Shown here: positions 11,001 through 24,709 of the stretch, piece by piece
Layout of the letters: every line of letters starts with the position of its first letter
How positions within the stretch are numbered: position 1 is the first letter of the stretch
From: Azolla caroliniana
Lineage: Eukaryota; Plantae; Polypodiophyta
DNA length: 64,000 nt
Direction of reading: 5' to 3'
NCBI GenBank assembly: GCA_043228905.1
Contig: JBHGNT010000020.1
Span: forward strand, 4,836,001-4,900,000
Made by a program: the position numbers and the translations under genes
Notes under the pieces: generated by a model
Database searches by the model: none
Told to the model about the DNA's origin: nothing
The model's input: only the letters and a program-made list of their open reading frames with translations

Positions 11001-13004
11001 GGAGTTCGACACCGAGATGAGTTACATCCGACATTCTCACCGACAATCAACTTCAAATGGATGGTCGATATTGTAGCCATGCAAACCGGGATCAGACAAA
11101 AGAAGTACTTGGTGTTAGCTCGGGAAGATCTCACAAACCAAGTAGAAGGTCAGGCGCTACGGAGGAAAACGTGTTCTGCGGTATGTCAATTTCTTTTGGA
11201 AGAAGTGTTTTGCAGGTACGGATGCGTAGGACAAGTGATTGCGGATCGGGGAGAACTTGACTCTGATAAAGCTAGGGGATTCTTCGCCAAACATGGAGTT
11301 CGGTTAACACTAACAACGGCATACATTCCGGAAGCCAACGGGAAGGTCGAGCGAGGACATAGTCCGATCGTCAAAGCACTTGCCAAAGCATGCAACGGAA
11401 GGGTGATGGATTGGCCGCAGATGCTCCCGTATGCACTATGGGCGGATCGAACCACGCATAGCTCTGTAACCGGTTACATGCCGGTAGAACTTCTGACCGG
11501 ACGAGCACCGGTAATGCCAACGGAAACCGCAATCGCGACATGGACAATGCTACCATGGAAGGAAGAGATGAGCCGGGAAGAACTACTAGCGGTCCGGATA
11601 CGACAACTGGAGGGAAGACCGGAAGACATAGCGGAAGCAATACGCTGACAACAAGAAGCGCGATTCCGGAATAAAAGCCGGTTCGACACAAAGCACCGAC
11701 TACGACCGCGGAAGATTGAAGAAGGAGATTGGGTGATTTTCTACGACAGTAGTTTGGATCATCAACATACAACGATGCGGAAGTTCGCGAAAAGGTGGTT
11801 CAGGCCATACGAGGTTCGGAAAGTTTTCGACAACGGAACTTACCGACTATGCGAGTTGGATGGAACAATGCTACGAGTGCCTATAGTCGGGAAACGAGTG
11901 AAGATTTTCAAGAAGCGGACTGATGAAGAACCCTATGTGATCCTAGACAAGACCGACTAGAAGGAGCAATCAGACGAAGATTGCGGTGATCTGGAAAGCG
12001 AAGAAAGTGGATTAGAACTCATAGTCGACTTAAGGGGAGAATCGGAGGAAGCGAGCATCGGGGACTTCGGCACATATCGGAGGATGTGTGGGTTAGGAGG
12101 GGGCGAGTGTCGTAGTGTAATTCGCACACTATGTGAAAAATTACATTTTTGGTCTCTCCGGATAGGGCATGGAGTACCCGGTGAGAACCGAAAGAAGGAA
12201 CCGATAAGGACCGAAACCGGTAAGGAGACCCGGCAAGAGCCGGATGAAGAAGGCTGGTGAGAGTCGGTGAGAAACGAATGAAGAGATCAGTAAGGAGGTC
12301 CCGGTAAGAACCGGACAAAGAAAACTAGCAAGCACCGGATGAAGCAGAACTGGAAAGAGCCGGATGAAGAAGGCCGGTGAGAGTCTCTCACCGGATGAAG
12401 AGACATATTTGTAAATAGAAGAAAGTATAAAAATATATATATTACATGCATAGGGAAAGATTCGAACCTTGCATCTCCATGTTAAAAATGTTAAGCCTTA
12501 TCATTATACTAGCGTATTATGAATTTTAAAGTTATACTAAACTTTATCCCATGTAAAATTTCTAGACATGCATGGTACAAAAAGTTATTCATGCATGGAC
12601 ACTCGAGTTAAAAGAAAAGATGAGATAGAAAGCTAATCATGCACATGCAGTGTGCATGAAAAGTAAAGATAGGAAAAGCATGATGCTTGCATGTGATAAA
12701 CTTAGACTCTTCCAACACTATATAAGGAAGAGAGAAAGATGTATAGAGGTTGTTGATTATTTTACAAGGAGATTAATATAATATAATCGTGGGATCCACG
12801 AGTTTGCTAACTATTTTTCTCTCTTAATTTGTGTACTCAATATATAATACACTATACTCGTGGGATTCACGAGTTTTTCATATCTTTCTTTCTTACAATA
12901 TATTTCATATTCTTAATTGCCTTAGAATTTTCTTTCCTCCTAGTCCAAAACCCCAGCGGTTCCCACCCAACTCATGCAACGATCCGGAGCCGTAAGGCAC
13001 GACA
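8034..13004 (+). mobile_element. Ty3/Gypsy element A (same group as C and D); 5' part cut off by Sola2 copy 1; degenerate
   Basis: Protease LIDHGSEIN, RT start PWNLKPIP and DLYSGYDQF (most of RT deleted near 9876), RNase H VDTSP, integrase H-H-CC and catalytic core. Followed by a G-rich PPT and an LTR. Several stops and frameshifts. Confidence 0.9.
12108..13004 (+). repeat. 3' LTR of element A
   Basis: TGTCGT...ACGACA ends, preceded by the PPT GGTTAGGAGGGGGCGAG. Confidence 0.85.
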
Positions 13005-13894
13005 ACGCATTGCATTCACTCCTAGCCTTAACATGTCCATCTTCACGTGGCACACACAACAACATGTATTCCTCTTATTTTATTTTCTAACATAAAATGG
13101 TTTCAAACCTTGGAACTTGCGGACTCCAACAGTCAAGCTTGGATGTTGGTCTTTAAAGTTCATGTACAATTCAGCCTACATCAACCAATATATATAGCAA
13201 ACATTAATATACACTTGGTCAGAACACAATTTTATGGATTGTGAATTCATATAAAAAAATGGAATACCTCTATCATCTCCAAGAAGTGCCTAGGGTGAAT
13301 CTAGTACTTACCCTGACTTATTCGTTGTCTACACACGTCCTTCTTATTTCGTGAGACACGCGTATTTTTGGCCCAAAATGAATCCACTTTCTCAATAATC
13401 TCTTGAGATAAGGCATCACATCGTCGTCTACGTCCCAACCCCAGCCACTTGAATTGGTTGTAGTGTATATTTCGGCGATGTTTCCTCAAGTTCCTTCTTT
13501 GAATACCCAGGGCTAAGGCAACTTTAGTATCACTATATTTTTTTTCTCTCACACTGTTCACAACCATGTGTAGGGCTGCCCTCTTTGCAGCAAGTTTGTC
13601 TATGCTGTCTACAACTTTCACTAAGTCTAGGGATGACTTCATAGACTCTACAATCTCTTCTGAAACACATTGGTCCCTAAATTTTATTCTCTCCATGTCT
13701 TCATTCAAACGTTGATGGTGTAACACTCTACATATAATATCCCTACGATCCTCTTCACTAAATCTCTTCGTTATTTCTACCAAATAACGGACTATGTGAA
13801 GAACCACCCGTCTCTTGGTCCTTTCAGATATACATGAGTTACTTGACAACTCACTCTCATTGGGGACCCCCATTTGGTCACTAGATTTATCCAA
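13005..13894 (-). pseudogene. Sola2-type transposase N-terminus, two exons, with stops
   Basis: RRRCDAL...VDSFW...RVSRNKKD...HFLE, intron 13267-13176, then AELYMNFKDQHP...RKFQGLKPFYV...TCCCVCH. Cut by the LTR at 13004. Confidence 0.7.
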
Positions 13895-14172
13895 AAAAAT
13901 TAAGTGTCCGGTGAGAGTAGTTAATGTTATATATAGACTACACTAAGAAAACACAATCAAATGTTTTTAAATGTGGCCTGCAAAGTGAGATAATTCGTTT
14001 CGAACATTAGAATTACGGAGCAAATATGACAATTGTAAAATCTAAAAATTTAGTACTGAAAAATGAAGAAATGAAAAATTTTAGTCCTGAAAATAAAAAA
14101 ATGGATGGAAGGAACCTCCAATGGTGGCGGGAGCGTTGATTCAGTGTGATATGCCGCCTCGATTTGCTACCC
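13005..14172 (-). mobile_element. Second Sola2-type transposon (5' portion), interrupted by element A
   Basis: Holds the transposase N-terminus. The boundary ...GATTTGCTACCC matches the TACCC end of copy 1, although ACCC could also belong to the flanking gag repeat. Confidence 0.6.
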
Positions 14173-17100
14173 GCGGAGAAATCAAAGGATTGGACACCAA
14201 CACCACCCGAGGAGGAATCAAAGGATCGGTCACCGACACCACCAGCGGAGGAATCAAAGGATCGGATACCGACACCAACCGCGGAGAAAGAGCGGAGAAA
14301 GCAGGAGATCCATTTGGACGACACTATGCCGTATCCGTACCCAAAGTATCGGGACAATCCCGACGCGGAGGCTCATGTCTACACATTCCTCCAGACATGG
14401 GAAGCCAATCATGTTTCTCAGAGATTAACAGAGCCGGAGGCCGAACGGTCCAAAGTCGCCGAATTCGGCATGACACTAGAAGGACCGGCCGCTCGTTGGC
14501 ATGCAAAGCATTTACTAGGCAGCTTTGCCACTTTTGACGCCCTGAAGGCAAAATTCCTTCGGTTGTTCCATAGACAAGTCGAACAAAGGGAATTGGTCGG
14601 GCAATTTTATACCACCCGGCAGGAGGAGCACGAAACCGTGCCGCAATTTATAATCCGGTTTCAGACCTTGCACAACCACTTGACAAAAGCACCTCCCGAG
14701 GACGAAGCTAAAGCAGTATTTTTGGCTGCATTAAGGGAACCACTGAGAACAATGTGCGGAGTCCTCGACTTCTATACCAGCACAGTGGACCAAGTCATTG
14801 ATCGGGTGCTAGAGATGGACAAAAGCAGCTCATTCATGTCATTGGGGATGTTACACTGGGCACTTCCAAAGGAAGAGGATTTGAGGTTCCGACAGGCTCT
14901 GCAGTGCACGACATGTCTCAATTCAGGCCACTCAACGGTCAACTGCACCATGCGCACACAGTGTATGATTTGCCACTCTCGGGCACATAAAACGGATCGC
15001 TGCAAGTACAACTTGCTAAGCCGACAGGCTGCACCAGTCTGACACATAGAACCACGAAACAATCAGGACCCGGAGGAAGACCAATTCTGGAGAGATGACC
15101 GCGACCAACGCGGCGATAGATATACTGATCGAAGATGTGACGACTATGACCGCAACGAAAAACGCAGAGACGACTACCGAAGGAACCGGTACGAGCGAGA
15201 TGACTCTCGGGAATATGACTGACGCAGAGACGACAGACGACAAGGGAACTGAAACGGAATCAAAAGCGAGGATTTTTCCGCAGGGAAGAACGCCGGGAAG
15301 CAGCAAGAAATAGCAACCCAGCATCGGCACCGGATAACCGGGAAACTGAAGACAACCGTCGAGTAATACCCACATCCCAAACCGGAGGCAAAGGAGAATC
15401 AAGTAACAACCACAAAGTGTATTGTTACTAATGCCGGAAAGAGGGGCACTACAGTAATCAATGCCAAATCAAGACGAACGAAAAACAGCTGGCAGTAAAT
15501 ATGGTTATTGCCGAAGTGACCGACGTTCAGCAAGTCACGACTCGGTCAAAAAGGAAAGCTGCTGAATGGGAAGCCCAGGAGGCAATTAGGAAGCAAGCAG
15601 CGCAATGGATTAAAAAGGCCAACGAACAAAATGTGGCGGAGATAAGAGACCAGAACGCACCAAGGGAGGAAGGAATCACACAACCGGAGGACAATCCGAC
15701 ATGGCAAGCACTCCAGGAGTGTCAGATCGTGCTCTCATTAGCACGATTGCTTCAGTTGGTACCACGATTCACGGCGGATCTACAAGCGACCGTCATCAAA
15801 CCAAAGCCGACACCAGCACCAACATTTTTCTCCAATCCGAAAGTAGGACCGACCGTGGTAGACACAAGCAACCTCGCAATCACAACAATTGTGAAGGGAA
15901 AGGAAATCGCTGGAACTATCATTGACGGAGGATCAGGAGTAAACGTCATCAGCCGGCAAACATGCAATAACCTGGGCATCCGGGAATGGGAGTCGTGTCC
16001 TTTTTGGTTACACATGGCAGATACCAGCTCAGTCCAACCGACCGGGCTTATCCGGGACCTAGAGGTCACAATCGGAGGCCACATATTCCGCATATCGGCC
16101 GTGGTGTTGCAGCTGAATGTGCAAGGAGCTTATCCTCTGCTGCTGGGACGGCCATGGCTACGAACGACACATATCAAACAAAACTGGCAAAAGAACATTA
16201 TCACATTCCGGGGTGGGAAGACGAAGGTACGCGTGGCTACGCAACCACGAGCAATCGCCAGCAAAGAAGCAACCCCATTATATGCAGAAAGTATTAATAT
16301 GTTGGAGGGGTTACCAGATGAAGAGATCGATCGCTACATGGAGGAACACCCAAGGATTGTACCGCTATTTGAGGTCGACATCACGGCAGCGGTAGAACCA
16401 TATATCATGACGCCGGAACCGGACGAACCGGATCAGGCAGCGATCCGGGAACTACGCCAGGCACAAGAGTCATTAGAGAGAGAAATGACAATATCCCAGA
16501 GAGTGAAGGCATCCCAGCTGGAGGAGGTCGACCTCGGTACGACGGACAAGCCAAGACCGGTCAACGTGGCAAAGGAGTTGCCGAACGAGGAAAAGAAAGC
16601 ATCTCGATTTTGCGGTCTACAGCCGACAAGCGGAGCATCTCGATCACCTGCGGTTATGCTTACCAAGCCCCGGTAGTTCAACCACCAGATTGGACCAAAA
16701 GCTTTCACGTCTTTGTCGACGCGTCGGACGTTGTAATCGGTAGTGTTCTAATGTAGCTAACAGAGCCAAAATGGTACCGGCCGGTATATTACGCGAGCCG
16801 AAAACTCTCAAAAGCAGAATGGAACTACTCCACAACGGAACGAGAGGCCTTGGGTATGGTATATAGTGTCACAAAGTACAGACACTACTTACTCAGAAGG
16901 AAATTCTCCTTCCATGTAGACATTCGGCATTACTTTAACTGGTATCAAAGGCATCATTGAACGGGAAGATCGCGCGGTGGACATTGCTCCTACAAGAATT
17001 CGAATTTGACATCTTCCACCGACCCGGGGTGCAGCATGCGGTAGCCGATTACTTAAGTAGGATCGAATCCGGCAAAGCAGGAAACGGCGTACAAGATGAG

Positions 17101-18216
17101 TTTCCCGACGCCGAGCTGTTCCGGATCACGACAGAGCCGACCATGGATGCAACGGTGGCAGATGAGGACAAATGGATCACCAGAGTACCTAAGCACAAGC
17201 CATGGCAGACAAGGACAAATGCAACGGTTCCTAAGCGCCAGAGTACCCCGGAAAACATGGATCGTGACGAGAGGAAACGGGTGGCGGTCAGAAGCAGATA
17301 CTTCTGTCTGGTCGGAGACACCCTTTACCACAAGGGGGCAGACGGCATCTGGAGATGAACGGTGCGGAGTGACGAAAAAGATTTGATCCTCAGGGAAGCC
17401 CATTGTGGCATAGCTGGAGGGCATTATGCTGGCGAAGCAACAGGCCGGAAGATATGGCAAAGCGGGCTATGGTGGCCAACCACTCTAAAGGATGCCGTAA
17501 GGTATAGCAAAGAATGCGATTTGTGCCAGCGACTAGGCCAACCAATGGAGCAGGCCAGAATGCCGCACCACCCGGTTCTGCCCTTGGAACCATTTCAGAA
17601 GCGGGGACTGGACTTTGTTGCTCCCTTTAAGACCCCGGCCATGAGAACCGGAAATCGTTATATCATAGTGGCTACCGACTACTGTACCAAGTTGGTGGAG
17701 GCAAAGGCATTAAGGGACAACATGGCTGCTTCCACAACAAAATTCCTATACGAATGCATATGGTGCCGGTATGGTTGCCCGATCGAGTTAATAAGAGATC
17801 AAGGAGGGCACAACCAGCCAACCCGTTCCAAAGGAACACAGAACCACGCGGTCCGGATAACCGGCAAGAAGAGGTCCCGGTACTGGCGAGAACCGATCCA
17901 GACAACTCGGTTATAACCGACAAGTGACGTGACAGACTTCGGAAAAAAAAAAAATATATATACTAAATGAAAACATAAATGAATAAGAATAAATAGGTAA
18001 TAATGATGAAGGAGAATGGAAGAGGTGGGAGCGCTAGTCATTAATAAAGGAAGCGCCGCCAATTACTAAATGAAAAGGCGCCATTTAATAAATGGAGAGA
18101 CGTGGGGGACTTGCTATTTAACGCATAGAGCGTGGGCAAGGACTTACTATTTAAAGCGCAGCCACCGAAGTACGAGGAGAAAGCATACGCGGGAATTAAG
18201 AAAGGACTTGCTAAGT

Positions 18217-21200
18217 ATGACAGGAGGGATGCATGCACGGGAATCAGGGAAGGACGGCTCGAGAAAAACGCACCTACAAAAGCCAAAGGCCTATGAGGGA
18301 TTCATGTTTTACGAATTTTCAGTCACACAGGCGCAAGAGCACAGAAGAGCACCCACACACTCAGTGCGTATCTCCCACACCGAACAACAAACCCTGGAGG
18401 AAGAAGCAGGACCCATGGCGCTGTTAGAGGAAGCACGGTAATGGATCATAGAAAATGGTTTGGAAGGATTATTGCGCATCGCCGACGCTCCACCACACGC
18501 AGAACCGGAGTAGGTGGCAGCAACAATCGATTTGTTGGAGGTCATGGAAGGCGCGGTGCAGGCGCTCACAGGACTACAATCCAGAGGATTCCGATCTATC
18601 GAGAACCCCTCCAATCAGATTCTGTTTGAATACTTCAGAGAATACTCGTTAAGCAGCAAGGCATACCGAACGCAGGGCGGACAGAACCTGTTGTTCGGGG
18701 AGGTGGCCCGTGCCATGATGGAGTACGGGTTTGTACACCCTCGTCCCCTGGCCATACCAAAGGGCTGTGAGTGGACTAGCTCCACTTCATAACCGAAGGA
18801 CTGAAGGACGCGATCGGGAACTTGGTGGACGGGAAGAAGTCATGGGCCGGTATAGCGCAATGGCTGACTGTGTTGGTTCCACCGGTTCTCCCCATCAGAC
18901 AGAAGAAGCGAGGTCGGCAGGAGACCACTCCTAAGAAGAAAACAAAACGTCGACAACTCCTGGAAAAACACACTCCGGGATGGACCCAGGAAGGAGAAGA
19001 ACAACCGGAAGAAGGGCCATCCCGACGACAACCGAAACAGGTGGCGGCACAGGCAAAACCGACGGGGAAGGGGAAGGAAAAAGCGACAAAGAAGACCACC
19101 CACGCACAAGAACCGACTGAAGAAGAGCCAGTGCGATGGCCAGTGCGACGGCCGGAACCTGAACCAGAGGACTTTGTACAAAAGATCCGTCTGGGAACCG
19201 CTGGAGGACTCAGCCGAACCACTGGAGAGACAAGGTCGGGAGAAACGGGCGAAAGGACCAGCTCCACCAAATGGCGGCACTCAGCGACGGGCGAAGGGAC
19301 CGACTCTAGTAACCGAGGCAGAAGGGAAACAAGAAGAAGCCAGGGCCGCACCAAAGGAGGTAGCACCGGAACAGGTTTTGCCAGATTTCGGCAGAGAACC
19401 GTCATTCCCGGACTTGGGAAATGAACGGGTGTCGGAACCAGAAAAGACCGCAACACAGCCGGAGGGTGGACAGGACCAACAACCTGGACCAAGGAGCAGA
19501 AGCGCGCAAAGCACCCCAGATGATGGACTGGAAAGAAGTACCATGCAACAGTGGCTGAGGTGGCTCTCAGAACAAGTGTCGGGGGTAGCAGACCAAATGG
19601 ATGAGGAGGAAAAGCGTAGGGAACACCTGACGCGAACAACAACCCAAGAATTGGTCTCGCTCCGAACACAGATTCAGGAGTTGCAGGGGGAGCTGATACA
19701 GGCAAACGAAAGGGTGGCGGAAGTAGCCAGAACGAGCCAACAAGCACAGGTTGTCACCGAGCCGGTCGGGACAACAAGAAAGCAACCGGAACCGGAACTG
19801 GAACGGGTGGAAGGAAAGGCCTTGCAAACCGGCCCTGAGTCCGAAAAATTCATAGCAACCTTGAGAGAGGAGTTAAGGGCTCAGGAGGCGTTGAGAGAAA
19901 ATGAACGAGAGCAGCGGAAATTGGCGGAAGAGGACAGACGGAGGATGCAAGAGGGCCTCCGGAAAGGCCAGGCCAATAACGACCGACTGAGAGAGGAGAA
20001 GGACAAGCTGCAAAAGGAAAAGGATAGACTGCGTTGACATGCCGAGATAGAAATAGAACGTCTCCAGGAAGAACTCCGGCAACAGAAGGACCGAGACGAC
20101 CGGTTATGGGCTCAGGTGAACCGATGACTGACGCAAAAAACGGAGGATTTCGACAGGCTGTATCAGGACCACAAGCAGGCCAAGTCGGACAACAGGAAAC
20201 GGGGAGCGGAGTATGACCGGCAGATAGAAAAGCTTAAAGAGCAGCTGAAGGAGACTCGCTTGGATCTGGCCAAGACAATGGACGAAGTGAGTGCCAAAAA
20301 GGAAGCATTGTCGGCAGAGATAACCGAAGCAACGGCGCGAAGGAAGGAATTGGAAGCGTTGAGGCGGGAAAAGTTGGAGCTGGCTAAGAACCGTAACAAA
20401 GAAAAGGAACGGGCTACTTATACGTTGAACAAACTTCAGAGTACATATGAACGGAAGGCAGCGGAGTATGAAAGCCAAGCCCAGGTGGCGACGGCAATTA
20501 TAATACGGTTGAGGAAGGAAAAGGAAGAGGCGAATGCACGGGCTCAAGTAGGAGTGGACCGGATCCGGTTCATCATGTCGGCATGGAGGGACCGAGCTCA
20601 GACAAGTATCAATGAAAGTGCTGAGAAGGTATGGAAGGAGTGGGCACAACAGGCAGCAGAGCTGCAGACACTCCGGGCTGATGCTGAGAACCGGCGGAAG
20701 ATAGGTGACAAATTTTATAAAAAGGATGAAGAAAGCATAGTCACCATTCGGGAAGAATTGTCAGAGGATTTCTTCGCTTTGGCAGAAGAACATCTAAAGG
20801 AGATCCGGGGGTTGGTGGAAAGACTGGACGACGGGCAGCTCGAAACGCAAATGGAGTTAGAGAAGTACGAGCAAGAACGTCAACAACAGGAAGCCGAGGG
20901 TAAAACAACGCCCATCACAATAAGTGATGAAGAGCGACCGGCTGGGACACAACTTACCGACACCGAACCACCCCGACAGGAAGCAACCGAAGATGAACAA
21001 CCGGTTCAGATGAATCGGGAGGAGCAGTTGCAGGCCAACGCCGAGAGTGAAGAAGGGCCGTTGCAGGTTAACGTCGGAGCAGAGGAAGAAGTAGCAACGA
21101 ACCGACCAGTCGAGACTGGGGAAAGCGACACTGGTAATAAAACGGAGCCTGGAATGGAAGAAGAACAAGACGAACCCGGAAGGGACGGAGAGGAAGCACC

Positions 21201-21345
21201 AGTACAACAGAACCAAGAGGAGTCGGAGCAACAACCAATCCAACCGGAAGTCGGAGGGGAGGCAGGCAAGGAACAGGAAACCGAAGAGGAGGCACCACTT
21301 GACACCTTCGAGTAGACTTTGCTCGATATATTGGAAGAAGATTGA
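18217..21345 (+). pseudogene. ORF2 of B1 (coiled-coil protein), disrupted
   Basis: Fragments align by eye with B2 ORF2 (EYFxEYSLSSKAYRTQGG, WLRWLS, IREELSEDF). Confidence 0.85.
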
Positions 21346-21352
21346 GGCCGTG

Positions 21353-21393
21353 TGTGGGTTCGAAGTGCAAAGCACTTTCCCACGGGCGTGCCA
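21353..21393 (+). other. tRNA-3'-half-like motif in place of the PPT (B1)
   Basis: TGTGGGTTCG-AAGTGCAAAGCACTT-TCCCACGGGCGTGCCA, then TG, then the LTR. Confidence 0.85.
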
Positions 21394-21395
21394 TG

Positions 21396-21782
21396 TGTTG
21401 GTCAGGCAAACGCGGAAGGACAAGTGGGAAGGCGGAATCGGATATAGAAATATAAAGTAATTATTAGTAGAATTATTATTCGGAGGGACGGATCCGGTAC
21501 AGTTGTACCGATCCGGATCCGGACCGATTTGGATGTGGTTGCCTAAGCGCACCGTTTTGTAACCTTGCCGGATGCCTATAAAAGGATCCAATGAATTGTA
21601 ATGTTTTTACGGAAGTAATACAAGATTATCCATTGCGTACTTTTCTTTGTCTGTGTTTCCTTACCGTCTGTGCTAATAATAATTATCTTACACGTGTGTT
21701 CTAACATCCTAACCTTACCACCCCTTTGGAGAAGTGTCGGAAGGACACCTCTGTTGGGGCTAGTCCAGCCAGCAAGACAACA
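21396..21782 (+). repeat. 3' LTR of B1
   Basis: TGTTGG...CAACA ends; homologous to the B2 LTRs. Confidence 0.9.
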
Positions 21783-22310
21783 CTCCAAAAAGGAGAACCA
21801 CTCTTCATGGCTTGTCATGTGGTTGGACGCTCCAGAATCAACGTATCATACTTCCTCCCATTTGGAAGTAGTCTTCTTCATCTAGTTAGCCTTGTGCTTC
21901 ATGACGAAGGCTTGCGCTTTACCGTCTTCCTGGTTCCTGATCCTTTCGATCCATCTACGTAGTGCGAGCTTTCATGGTTCCCTTGTCTGGCCGTGCTGGA
22001 TCCGGATTTATCCGAATCGGTGTGCTTCTTCCAACACTCGCTCTCTTTGTGGCCTTTCTCGCACAGTACCAGCATTCTGTGTTGGTTTTCGACTACCAAT
22101 TTCTGGCTCCAACTTGACTCCCGCTGCTTGTGGAGGGTTCAGAACTGTTGTTAGCACTGTGTCTATGCCTTTGGTTCTGCTCTTGTTGGCCGCTTCCATT
22201 GTGTGCCAATCCACCTCGTCCTCCACGCCCACGGGTTCAATCCGCCTCTGTGTATATCATACGGCTCTCCGATTGAGTGGTCCTCGACCCACTCGAGTGG
22301 TTTTCCCTCT
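21783..22310 (-). mobile_element. Ty1/Copia gag-protease fragment (X)
   Basis: Minus strand reads YVDSGASNHMTSHEEWFSFLE, plus a zinc-knuckle remnant and EENH. Confidence 0.8.
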
Positions 22311-24709
22311 CTCTCTTCATGCAATCATGGAGATATTAAGTGTTAGGTCATGTTGAGAATCAAGCTCAACCTAGTCTAGTGTGTGAACACACCTTGAGAG
22401 TGTATGAACACTCAAAGGTCAAAACTCACACCACTACTCTCTACACATTAACTATGTGTCATAGAATCATAAATCTATAACACATAACTAATGAGTTTCC
22501 GCATTACCCATGTGCCATGACCGATGAGCTTCGGTAGTTAGTGATGAGAGAGGGTGACTATATAAAGCACCCTCCTCCTACTTTTTAATGTGTCGGTTAA
22601 TATCCTTTGTAATATACATCTTCTTAATATTCTATCTATCTTGTGTCTCTCTCCTCTCCTCCTCTCCTCTTCTCTAACACACACAACACACATCTCTAAC
22701 CTATTCTACTGCACAAAATCACCATTGATTCTTTACATGGTATCAGAGCGGTTTGGTAGCTCAATCTAGCCCATCTGAGTGTGTTGTGCTCTACTCGACA
22801 TTCAAGAAGAATCGGCTCATCGCTATCGTAGTGCCACTACATAGCTCGTGCTCGAAAGAGAAGGAAAAGAAGAAGGAAAGTTTCATCAACATAATGAATA
22901 CTCAAATGGGGAGTGCTCTCTCTAGTGAGAAGTTTGATAGAAACAACTTTGCATCTTGGGAGTACAAGATGCACCAATACCTTGTTGGCCAAGGCTATTG
23001 GAGCTACATCAAAGGAGCACAAGAAAATCGACCCGACCTGAAAGACGCCGACTACTCAACATGGGAGCAAGCGGCAAGCCGAGCGATGTATTATTTGGTG
23101 ACATGTGTTCGTGAGCACATGCTCGGCTACATTCGAGAAGCCGAGACGCCGAAGGAAGCATGGGAGAATCTCAAAAAGATATTTGCCGCCAACATAACGT
23201 CACGGAAGCTTCAACTCCGCCAAGAGTTGAACAACATCCAACAAAGGGATATGTCCATCACAAGCTATACCTTGAAGATTGAGGAGTTTTGTGACTCACG
23301 CGGGTCAAGAAGCGTCAATGTGGAGGATGATGAGATGGTGCAAATATGCCTTGGTGGCCTTGCACCATGGTTCAACACGATGAGGACCATCGTACTAGCA
23401 CGGGAGAATCCTCCGTCTTTCTTCGATCTGCAATCCATGTTGGTGGTTGAAGAAAACCATGTTCGAACAAAGAGCAATGCCTTGAAAGGCCACATGCTCT
23501 ACACACATTCGAACAGAGGAAGAGGACACAGCCAAGCAAGAGGTCGATTCGGCCAAGGACAATGCGAATAAGGTTTGACTTACGAAAACAACTCCCAATT
23601 TCAGCAACAAGACGGAAGCCATCAAGGAACCTTCAGAAGAAGGGGGAGCTTCCATTCCGGTCCAAGCCGACCAACCTTGATCAAATGCGGATATTGCGGG
23701 AAAATTGGTCACCATGAAGAAGAGTGTCAAAAGAAGAAGTGTGAGTCAGCTTCCACACGCCGATAACTCACCAATTACGCCACCAATTTTGACTATGAAA
23801 AGCATGGTGGAATGTTCGTGATGAGACATAGAGCAAATTCTATGTCGACCTCTACTTCAACTAATGCCTCCAATCCGGAAAATGTATGGTTCATCGACTC
23901 CAGTGCCTCGAACCATATGGCGTCCCATCAAGAATGGTTCCAAGACCTTCGAGAGCCGGATCGACGCGGTTATGTCGAGACTGGAGACAACACCATTCAT
24001 CCGATTTAGCATGTCGACAATGTCCTATTTGGGAAATACGGAGAACAAACTTGCATAAAAACTTTCTTGCATGTACCCACCATAACCAAGAATTTGGTCT
24101 CGGTCGGCCAAATTGTGGAGCAAGGGATGCAAGTTCAATTCAACCAAGGTGGTTGTTTCATCGAGAAGGAAGGTCGACTAATTGCTCGTGGTTGAAGGGA
24201 AGGCCAAATGTTTATCCTCGAATCGAATGAGGTAAAATCTTCCATGTTTGCAACGGGCCTCAAAGCCGACACCGACATAGAACTATGGCACAAAAGAATC
24301 GGCCATATCAATCTCAACAAACTCAAGGCGATGCAATCGAAAGGAGTCATTATTGGACTTCCGAAGTTCGAAGAGAAAGAGATTGAAGGAATATGTGGAG
24401 CATGCCAATTCGGCAAGCAACATCGGCACTCATTCCCAAAGGAGAGGAATGTGAGCAAAGGCCTATTGGACATAGTCCACTCAGATGTGTGTGGACCGGC
24501 ACAGATGACCACATTCGGAGGATGTCGGTACTATGTTACCTTCATCTACGACTTCTCTAGATACACATGGATCTTTCCGATGAGGATGAAGAACGAAGTG
24601 TTTTTACACTTCCAAAAATTCAAAAGAGAAGTAGAAAAGACAACCGGCTACCATGTACGATGTCTTCGGTCAAACGGAGGAAAGGAATACGTCTCTGATG
24701 CGTTCACGG

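Larger units (their letters stand above)
14173..21782 (+). mobile_element. Gypsy element B1, a degenerate relative of B2 lacking its 5' end
   Basis: gag, protease, RNase H, integrase and ORF2 are colinear with B2. RT is largely deleted (~16600-16660) and the integrase C-terminus is deleted (~17810). 3' LTR at 21396-21782. Confidence 0.92.

Noticed and set aside
1-13894. The plus-strand transposase C-terminus and minus-strand N-terminus as halves of one inverted gene
   Set aside because: The plus-strand frame is open past the window start and intact, while the minus copy has stops and a different terminal sequence. Two elements is the simpler explanation.
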